Shown here piece after piece: positions 16,024 through 22,936 of a stretch of 22,936 nucleotides of DNA. The notes under the pieces were generated by a model that was given only the letters and a program-made list of their open reading frames with translations, had not been told where the DNA came from and searched no databases. The translations under genes were made by a program, and so were the position numbers. Source of the stretch: Candidatus Thorarchaeota archaeon (GTDB lineage: Archaea > Asgardarchaeota > Thorarchaeia > Thorarchaeales > Thorarchaeaceae); contig JBHLRP010000053.1 in the NCBI GenBank assembly GCA_048882485.1, positions 1-22,936 of the forward strand, written 5' to 3'. How positions within the stretch are numbered: the first letter of the stretch is position 1; the number at the start of each line of letters is the position of its first letter.

Positions 16024-16803
16024 TCAGTCGTGTATCAGGACACAACGCATGGATATCGATCCATAGATGACCTTAGCTGCTGAATAGCGGACTTGCTCAT
16101 GAGGCTGTTTTAATGCAAGCACATACAGGAGTGGTAAATAATGCTCATTCGTCCAGAATGCCTTGCCCGAGTTCGGAATACGCTCATAATGAATGAGTGA
16201 GTGGTGGTCATCGGCATCTATCCGCTTTTCAATATCCTCGTCGAACTCATAAGCCCAAGGATATCCTGTGTGATTCATTCTTGCCAGAGCCAGATTGTGT
16301 ACGATGTTACCACTGCCCAGAATCAAGACCCCTTCTCTTCTAAGTTGAAGGAGTTCCATACCAATGTCATAATGCTCATGAGGGGTCATAGTCTGGTGTA
16401 AACTCAGTTGGAGTGTTGGAATGTCCGCGTCGGGATACATTCTCTTAAGCACAACCCATGCACCATGGTCCAGACCCCTTGATTCATCAGGATAGACCTT
16501 GGTTTTTTTGAGAGTCTCCTGAATTCTCAGAGCGATCTCAGGAGCTCCTGGAGCTGGATAGGTTACTTTGTAGAGCTCTTCAGGGAACCCGTAGAAGTCA
16601 TAGATTGTATCGGGATGGGCAGTTGTCGATGCAAATGTTCCGCGTGAAAGCCAATGAGCAGAAACACAAAGAATTGCTTTTGGCCTAGGAATCTGCGCCG
16701 CAATCTCCGCCCAGTTCGCCGCAAATTCATTGTTCTCAATTCCATTCATGGGGGAACCATGCCCGACGAAGAGTGCAGGCATTAGCGATTCTGATTCTGA
16801 CAT
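16024..16803 (-). CDS. ygiD: 4,5-DOPA extradiol dioxygenase (YgiD/LigB class III ring-cleavage dioxygenase)
   Basis: FVGHGSPMN, VSAHW, TIYDFYGFP, RGLDHGAW, GSGNIVHNL, EHYLPLLY, SISMR. Confidence 0.88.
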   Translation of the reverse strand: MSESESLMPALFVGHGSPMNGIENNEFAANWAEIAAQIPRPKAILCVSAHWLSRGTFASTTAHPDTIYDFYGFPEELYKVTYPAPGAPEIALRIQETLKKTKVYPDESRGLDHGAWVVLKRMYPDADIPTLQLSLHQTMTPHEHYDIGMELLQLRREGVLILGSGNIVHNLALARMNHTGYPWAYEFDEDIEKRIDADDHHSLIHYERIPNSGKAFWTNEHYLPLLYVLALKQPHEQVRYSAAKVIYGSISMRCVLIHD

Positions 16804-16826
16804 TGAACAAGCGTCAGCAAAATCCT

Positions 16827-16834
16827 GTATTAAG
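16827..16834 (-). promoter_or_regulatory. Possible TATA box, leaderless ygiD transcript
   Basis: CTTAATAC on the minus strand ending 24 nt before ATG 16803, with no SD in between. Confidence 0.4.
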
Positions 16835-16852
16835 GGCTAAGATGTGGCAAGG

Positions 16853-17905
16853 TTAGATCCAGCCCCTGCGTCTGAAGTAAAACACCAGGATGATGGTGAT
16901 GAGTAGCATAACCATAAGGAAAACTGGATAGCCATAGAAAAAATCAAGCTCGGGCATCCAGATCCAATTCATCCCGTATATACTGGCCATCAGAGTCAGA
17001 GGGATGAAGATAGTGGAGATCACTGTGAGGACCTTCATCACTTCATTCATCTTATTGCTCATAGTTGAGAGATAGATATCCAGCATCCCCGTGATGCCCT
17101 CTCGATAAGTTTCGGCAAGGTCAGTCACTCGAATTACATGGTCGTATAGGTCTCTAAGGTAGACCTTGGTATTGTCTGTCACTAGTTCGGTGTCATCTCT
17201 ATTTAGGGCAAATACAACCTCACGAAGAGGCCAGATATACCTTCGAAGAGCAATGACCGTACGTTTCAGCCTATAGATACGGCTGAGGACCGCACTGTCT
17301 GCTTCCTCAATTAGCTCGTCCTCCAAACGCTCAATCTGTTCCCCGACCTCCTCCAAGACTCGAAAGTAGTCGTCTACCACAACATCCACGAGTGCATACG
17401 CTAGATAATCAGGACCGTCCTTTCGAATTCTTCCGGTGGGCCTCCGAAGCCTATCCCTGATTGCTTTGAAGATATTCTCCGAAGACTCCTGGAAAGAGAG
17501 AATGATGTTTTTCCCCAGGATGATGCTCAACTGCTCTGAGACAACCCTTCTATCCTCCCCTACTATATCGAAGACTCTCAGGACCAAATAGACCTTGTTC
17601 TGTAGCACCTCAACCTTGGGACGCTGCCCGACACTTGGAATGTCCTCTAGGATTAATGGGTGTATTTCATGTTTTTCTCCGAGATAGTTGATAATTTCCA
17701 AATCATGAACGCCATTGACGTGGATCCACTTCACCTTCACTGATTCATGAGGAGGATCGCAGTCCTGCATGCAGTCAGCGACATACTCACTCATCTTCTC
17801 CTCATTGTACTCCACAATCTCAACGGTGACCTTCTCCGTTCGTTCGATTCCTGTATGCACAGGAGTTCCGGGTGGAAGACCCGCTTTGCTAGTTCCGTCA
17901 GGCAT
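16853..17905 (-). CDS. corA: Magnesium/cobalt transporter CorA
   Basis: KAGLPPGT N-terminus, HPLILEDI..QRPKVE, YLRDLYDH, MNEVMKVLT, YGMN and MPEL signatures, two C-terminal TM helices. GGAGG SD. Confidence 0.95.
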   Translation of the reverse strand: MPDGTSKAGLPPGTPVHTGIERTEKVTVEIVEYNEEKMSEYVADCMQDCDPPHESVKVKWIHVNGVHDLEIINYLGEKHEIHPLILEDIPSVGQRPKVEVLQNKVYLVLRVFDIVGEDRRVVSEQLSIILGKNIILSFQESSENIFKAIRDRLRRPTGRIRKDGPDYLAYALVDVVVDDYFRVLEEVGEQIERLEDELIEEADSAVLSRIYRLKRTVIALRRYIWPLREVVFALNRDDTELVTDNTKVYLRDLYDHVIRVTDLAETYREGITGMLDIYLSTMSNKMNEVMKVLTVISTIFIPLTLMASIYGMNWIWMPELDFFYGYPVFLMVMLLITIILVFYFRRRGWI

Positions 17906-18036
17906 GAGTCATAACCTCCAAGGTGAAGAGATTGCCACACTCAATCTGCAGAATCTGACATAATAATCCATCCCGTGGTATTGAATTTCGAGCTTCATTC
18001 ACATGATTCAATTAAGAGCAGGTGATTCTATAGAAT

Positions 18037-19671
18037 TCATTTGAGCAGTCTGGGCACGAGCAGCCATATGACAAACGACTCAAGGATAGAAATCGCCAGT
18101 TGAACGCCAACACCAATCAAATGGTTTCCAGTGGATACCAGGGCTAGTGAATAGCCAATCAATGGCAATAGACCAACAATTGCGCCCATAGCCACAGAAA
18201 GTATGACCAGTCCCTGTTCAGAAGCCAAATTAAGAGCAACAACATTGCCGCCTCCCTTTCGTAGATAGATTGTTGCACCGATAGTCATTGCAAATGCGTA
18301 TCCACACGGGACTTGGCAAATTGGCATAGCAATCAGTAGCGGCACTATAATTGGATTGATTACTAGGAGAGTTGTTATGACTGACATTGCTAGGATCTCG
18401 CACACGAGAAAGATGAGAACCTTCGCCTGTAGATTCAAGACCGGTCTGAGTGGCAGACCGTCAAACACTGACGCACCTTGAGCATCAGTGGATAAGAGCC
18501 CAATGATTGAGAACCCTAGGAATGTCTGTGAATACCCAAGCGCGACGAGTACGTTTGTGCTCCTGATGACACCCTCGGGAGACATGGTAAGAAAGGGATA
18601 CACAAACATTGCCATGAGAAGAGGTATTGCAAAAATCATGATTGCACTCATGCTCCTGGAACCCAGCCGCAGGTCCTTTCTAATTATCCCAGCGAGCGGC
18701 CTTGTGGGATTGAATTCGATAATGTCTGAGGGCTTCTCGTCGGTCTGAATACCCCCGAAGGATATCTCTTGTAGTGAATGACCACTCCATCTGAGAGAGT
18801 AGAAAGCAATTATAGAATAGACAACCGCTCCGATTGCTGCAAATGCTGTGGTGAGTAATGGAATCGCCGCGCCATAAAGGATGCTGGCTCCTAGGAGGCC
18901 AAAAGAAACTGGGAATACCCATGCAAGAACCGCGAAAAGCGGAGAATCTATGCCCGTCGTATTATACGTGATGAATTGTATGAGTGCGGGCATATAATTC
19001 ATCATTCCAAATACTGCAAAGATACCCACAATCAAGCCAATATTCGTGATGATACGCAGTGCATTCGCTGACCTAGACTGAGGCGCTGTGGTGATCTTGC
19101 TGTGAAACCACTTGGAGGATCTGACAAGAGCTCCTACTGAGAACATCACCGTGACAACACAAGACAGGAGAGAGATGCCTGCAATGAGAGGCCCAAACAA
19201 CAAGAGGGCTCCGGCAGGGAACAGGACTATAATAGCTAGGACTGGGGCAAAGAATATCCGCATGAACGTCAGGGTGGAAAGAGCATCGAGTTCAGAACGA
19301 GGAAGTGGTAGAGTCGCAATGAATTCAATGGACTTCGAAGAAAAATATGCGGTGGTATTCTGTAGATTGAGAACGAAAAGAAGCACGAAAGAGAAACCCA
19401 TAAACATAGTGAACGAGAGGACAAGTAGGGTCGCTCGGTCTCCCTCTATAAAGGGGGATGCGCCTAGCAGGAGGGACATAAACGTAAGCATGCCTATAAT
19501 CATAGCTGATGAAATGCCACTCCACTTCACCGACCTGTTAAGATTCTTGATTAGCCTATCATTATTCTCCGTGAGCTGTGCATAACTCCCCGGGTTGGCT
19601 GTGAGAGCACCATTTAATCTGATCTCTGTCGCAGCTACTCCTGCGATATACCAGAGCTTACTCAGATTCAG
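18037..19671 (-). CDS. Multi-pass ABC exporter permease (duplicated ABC-2-like topology)
   Basis: Many hydrophobic segments in two halves, each with an LPL motif (TLPLPRSEL, GLPLRPV). Directly downstream of the ABC ATPase. First canonical start is GTG 19530, but the frame is open to 19683 and a CTG at 19671 has an SD. Confidence 0.75.
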   Translation of the reverse strand: MNLSKLWYIAGVAATEIRLNGALTANPGSYAQLTENNDRLIKNLNRSVKWSGISSAMIIGMLTFMSLLLGASPFIEGDRATLLVLSFTMFMGFSFVLLFVLNLQNTTAYFSSKSIEFIATLPLPRSELDALSTLTFMRIFFAPVLAIIVLFPAGALLLFGPLIAGISLLSCVVTVMFSVGALVRSSKWFHSKITTAPQSRSANALRIITNIGLIVGIFAVFGMMNYMPALIQFITYNTTGIDSPLFAVLAWVFPVSFGLLGASILYGAAIPLLTTAFAAIGAVVYSIIAFYSLRWSGHSLQEISFGGIQTDEKPSDIIEFNPTRPLAGIIRKDLRLGSRSMSAIMIFAIPLLMAMFVYPFLTMSPEGVIRSTNVLVALGYSQTFLGFSIIGLLSTDAQGASVFDGLPLRPVLNLQAKVLIFLVCEILAMSVITTLLVINPIIVPLLIAMPICQVPCGYAFAMTIGATIYLRKGGGNVVALNLASEQGLVILSVAMGAIVGLLPLIGYSLALVSTGNHLIGVGVQLAISILESFVIWLLVPRLLK

Positions 19672-20443
19672 AAAATGCCCCCCTCAACACCCGCACACCT
19701 TCTATGACTTCTTCCTCCTGATGCGTAAGTTTCAGGAAGAGCTGCTCGAGGCTCGCACTCTCTTGACTGGCCTTTTCCTTGAGTTCTTGGAGCGCCCCCT
19801 CTGCTACGAGCTTGCCTTCATCAATAATTCCTACACGGTCACACAGGTCTTCCGCCACCTCCATGACATGGGTACTGAAAAGCACCGAGCCGCCATCCTG
19901 GGAATGTTGTTGAAGCACATTCTTCATGATACTTGTGCTTCGAACATCAAGTCCGGAAAAAGGCTCATCGAGAATAAGGAGACGCGGAGCATGAAGCATT
20001 GCTATGATGAGCATCGCCTTCTGTCGACTCCCAGCTGAAAGCGTGAGAATCATCTGACTATAATATTTGGAGAAGTCAAGTGCTCGAACAAGTTTGTCAA
20101 CACGCGCGCTGGTCTTGATGGATGGCAGATCTCTCACAGAGGCAACGAATTCAAAAAGCTCTTGCGGAGTTAATGATTCATAGAGAAGCTGAGTTTCTGG
20201 TACGTATCCTACCTTCTTCTTGACCTCATACGAATCTTCAACAGGATTGTGGCCATAGACATCAACACTTCCAGAATCCGGATGCAGGAGTCCCATCAGG
20301 ATTCTAATAGTCGTCGTCTTTCCAGCTCCATTTGGTCCAAGGAGCCCATAGATTTCACCTTCTCGGACTTCAAAGGATAGGTCATCGACAGCACGAAGGC
20401 TTCCAAATGTTTTCACCAGATTCTTTATGATGACTGCTGCCAA
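19658..20443 (-). CDS. ABC transporter ATP-binding protein (CcmA/NatA-like exporter)
   Basis: Walker A GPNGAGKTT, signature LSAGSRQ, Walker B LLILDEP, H-loop STH. Start is TTG 20443 (GGGGG SD) or TTG 20458. Confidence 0.93.
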   Translation of the reverse strand: MAAVIIKNLVKTFGSLRAVDDLSFEVREGEIYGLLGPNGAGKTTTIRILMGLLHPDSGSVDVYGHNPVEDSYEVKKKVGYVPETQLLYESLTPQELFEFVASVRDLPSIKTSARVDKLVRALDFSKYYSQMILTLSAGSRQKAMLIIAMLHAPRLLILDEPFSGLDVRSTSIMKNVLQQHSQDGGSVLFSTHVMEVAEDLCDRVGIIDEGKLVAEGALQELKEKASQESASLEQLFLKLTHQEEEVIEGVRVLRGAFSESE

Positions 20444-20507
20444 TATCAGAGCCCCCAACCAGCAGACGGATCATTTGCACCGTCGTCCAATCAAATGTCT
20501 GTTTAAT

Positions 20508-20515
20508 GATATAAG
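20508..20515 (-). promoter_or_regulatory. Possible TATA box for the ABC exporter operon
   Basis: CTTATATC on the minus strand about 65 nt upstream of TTG 20443. Confidence 0.35.
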
Positions 20516-20638
20516 GATTCTGAACATTGTTTCTGAGCTCAAGAGAGCAATTCAGCGAATTACAGTTGAGGTGTTTCAGAACATACCTTAGACCTCATAT
20601 CATGGTATCGATAAGACTCTCAGCCCAAGATAATCTCA

Positions 20639-22936
20639 TTACTCCAAGTACAATGAAACTCGACCTGGTAATGCGAATCTTGCCTTGTTTTGAGGGTCAT
20701 ATTCGGGCTTTGCTGCTTTATGGACAGTAACTTTCATTCCCACCTCAGACGAAATGTATTCAGCAGAGTCCTTTAAGACGGTCATCTCATCCCTGGAACT
20801 CTTCGAGTGATCCCACAGCCCATTCTCCTTGGCAATTCTATCAACGATAACCTTGACCTGTTTTCCATGTTTTCGATTGTCCGGATTCGACATCAAGTGC
20901 TTCATAATATCGCCAACTATCAACGGGACCTCATCTGTCCTTATGCTGTTCATTGCTTTAAACATCCATTCTGGTGCTACATAGATATGAACCTCTGACG
21001 CCTTCTTGTCCCTCAATAATTTTGTAATCTCTCGGATGTCTTTGACCGTGGCTTCGACCACCTGCTGGGCCATTTCAACAGATGGATCAATCAGCCTTCT
21101 GTCCGCCTTAGGCCATGGCGCTAACGAAACATAGCCGTCACGGTCCATCTTAGACCAGATCTCCTCACTGACATGCGGAGTCATTGGTGCAGTCAATCTG
21201 ACCCACTTGTCGCATATGTAGGCCATGGTCGCTTCGCGCTCTTCTTTGGGCACTTTCCGTTTCAAATAGTGATGGATCGTGCGTATCATCTCGGACATGA
21301 CTGTAATGGCATAGTCGCGTATCCTGAAGTTCTCCATATAGTCGGTACACTCTTGGATGATGGTATTCATTCGGGACAGTACCCATCGAGTGGTCTCTGT
21401 TGGCTTGTCCTTCTTTGTGTAAGCCCTAGGCGTTTTCTTTGAGTATTTCTTCATGATTTCACTGAACTGCTTGATGCGATTCCTTACAGCTGGCACATCT
21501 CGTTCGCGCCAATCCATGAGACTGCCTGGTTCAGCTGCTGACAGCACATAAGTTCTGAACACATCTGCCCCATATTTTGTGGGAATCTCTCCCAGAGGGA
21601 TTGTGTTACCCTTGCTTTTTGACATCTTTCCACCCTCCATGTTCATATGTTCATTGAGGCTGATGCATTGAATCCAGTGCTTCTTGGGGAATAGTGCTGC
21701 ATGATGGAAGATAGCAAAGCTCAGGTGATTTGATATGTGCGAAGGAGCCGTATGCCGCTGGTCATTCGGATACCAATATAGAAACTCCTCTCGCATCGTT
21801 TTCAGTAGGGCTGGTGAGACTCCGGCTTCCTTTGCGACCTTGTCGAGCTTTCCCTTGCCTTGAAACACATAGTCGAAGAAAGGAACCACGAGATGCTCGG
21901 CTTTCAGCTTGTTTTGCCTAATGATATGAGCGATTGTGTAGAATGCCATGTAGATTGTGGAGTCCGACAACGCTTCGATGATCCATTCTGGGTCAAAGGG
22001 TAGGGGAGTTCCGATTCCCCTCTTGCGTGCACATGGTCTTTGAGCTAACCAATGGAAGGTCGACTCAAACATGATTCTGAAGGCTTCAGGGATTATCTTC
22101 ATCGAATTCAAAGCATCCCACGCCTTGTCCTTCCAGCCTGGACTCTCATAATCCAAGAACCACTGGCCAGCCAAGACTGCAATTTGCACATCTGTTCCGC
22201 ACTTGCAGACAACTGGTCGCTGATCTGGCTCATAGAACACATCGCCTTGATTCTGCTCCTTTAGCCAAGCAATGACATCATCCTTAACGCCACTCACCTT
22301 TCGCCCTGCAAAGGGCCCACAGTTGTCCATCATGATGCCTTCGTAGAACTCGACCTTGTAGACCTCTCCAGTCGCCTCCTCCAGTTTCTCCAAATCACTT
22401 TGGTTGGTAATACCCAATTTGTCAACTAGGTCTTTTGTTAGAAAGTCGCTCCCACCCTCAATCTCAATCATCATAATGACTTCAATGGCTCTGACTTCTT
22501 CTGCAGTAATGCCATATTGCTCAAGCCCGGATGGATCTTCCCATAAATCACGCAAAGCAATGTAGTCGTAGGGTGCATGACCAGGGACTGAATACACAAC
22601 CCCAGTTGCATTGTTCACATCTACAAACTCTGCAGGTAGGATTGGGATGTTGCGTCCATCATGAATGGTCTTGCATGTTTTGCCGATTATCTCAGAGCCT
22701 TTGAAGGTCTCCAAGACTTCTACTTCCTTTGCTTGTAGCTTCAATTTCTCTGTAGCTGCCGTTGAAACAATCCACTTCTCGCCATCTACGTCAGCCTTGG
22801 CATACTCTTCCTTTGGATTGATCCACACATTTGTAATGCCAAAGGTTGTTTCAGGCCTCAGGCTCCCGGCTACAAGGAATCCATCTTCAAAGGGATATTT
22901 CATGGCTGTGAACTCTTTGACCTTTGCATTAATGCC
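20639..22936 (-). CDS. leuS: Leucine--tRNA ligase, archaeal/eukaryal type (5' end outside the window)
   Basis: Frame is open to the window edge (GINAKVKEFTAMKYPF...). CP1 editing motifs SLRPET and TGVVYSVPGHAPYDY, QWFLDY, RKRGIGTPLP, IEALSDSTIYMAFYT, YWYP, KMSKSKGN, and C-terminal A.PGR...YLE. Confidence 0.95.
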   Translation of the reverse strand, partial: GINAKVKEFTAMKYPFEDGFLVAGSLRPETTFGITNVWINPKEEYAKADVDGEKWIVSTAATEKLKLQAKEVEVLETFKGSEIIGKTCKTIHDGRNIPILPAEFVDVNNATGVVYSVPGHAPYDYIALRDLWEDPSGLEQYGITAEEVRAIEVIMMIEIEGGSDFLTKDLVDKLGITNQSDLEKLEEATGEVYKVEFYEGIMMDNCGPFAGRKVSGVKDDVIAWLKEQNQGDVFYEPDQRPVVCKCGTDVQIAVLAGQWFLDYESPGWKDKAWDALNSMKIIPEAFRIMFESTFHWLAQRPCARKRGIGTPLPFDPEWIIEALSDSTIYMAFYTIAHIIRQNKLKAEHLVVPFFDYVFQGKGKLDKVAKEAGVSPALLKTMREEFLYWYPNDQRHTAPSHISNHLSFAIFHHAALFPKKHWIQCISLNEHMNMEGGKMSKSKGNTIPLGEIPTKYGADVFRTYVLSAAEPGSLMDWRERDVPAVRNRIKQFSEIMKKYSKKTPRAYTKKDKPTETTRWVLSRMNTIIQECTDYMENFRIRDYAITVMSEMIRTIHHYLKRKVPKEEREATMAYICDKWVRLTAPMTPHVSEEIWSKMDRDGYVSLAPWPKADRRLIDPSVEMAQQVVEATVKDIREITKLLRDKKASEVHIYVAPEWMFKAMNSIRTDEVPLIVGDIMKHLMSNPDNRKHGKQVKVIVDRIAKENGLWDHSKSSRDEMTVLKDSAEYISSEVGMKVTVHKAAKPEYDPQNKARFALPGRVSLYLE

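Noticed and set aside
16968-16982. CorA signature reads YGMNW rather than YGMNF
   Set aside because: The GMN selectivity motif and MPEL are intact; this is a conservative aromatic change.
18025-18036. Perfect 12-bp palindrome ATTCTATAGAAT next to the permease stop, upstream of corA
   Set aside because: It is a single AT-rich occurrence with no loop and no second copy seen. Such palindromes are expected by chance in 23 kb.
1-22936. CRISPR arrays, tRNA/rRNA, transposases, integrases, defence genes, eukaryotic-signature proteins
   Set aside because: None was recognised. Intergenic gaps are all under about 230 nt with no periodic repeats. The only ubiquitin-fold protein is a prokaryotic MoaD/SAMP type.

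Overview
Gene-dense archaeal chromosomal window. The archaeal call rests on an archaeal-type LeuRS, a MoaD/SAMP protein, TATA-like promoters and frequent TTG/GTG starts. The gene content resembles Asgard/Thorarchaeia genomes, but that is an impression only. About 20 CDS were found, with no rRNA, tRNA, CRISPR or mobile element. The left ~14.5 kb is a coherent catabolic island with two paralogous modules, each a 4x[Fe-S] subunit plus a tungsten AOR-family oxidoreductase. These are interleaved with N-heterocycle-type enzymes: an MtaD/SsnA-like deaminase (truncated by the window edge and missing from the ORF track), a PreA/DHODH-like flavoenzyme lacking the canonical catalytic Cys loop, and an allantoinase/hydantoinase-like cyclic amidohydrolase. 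Also present are DUF362, MoaD, a PfkB kinase, an ATC-hydrolase-family protein and a divergent orphan PAS histidine kinase. The second module has non-Cys Fe-S ligands in both subunits (Asp in the AOR, Ser in the small subunit). The main hypothesis is an undescribed tungsten/ferredoxin-linked nucleobase (purine or pyrimidine) degradation system. The right part holds a stand-alone Lrp/AsnC ligand domain, an AttH/CrtC-like protein, a YgiD-type dioxygenase, corA, an ABC exporter pair (permease probably starting at CTG) and a 5'-truncated leuS.
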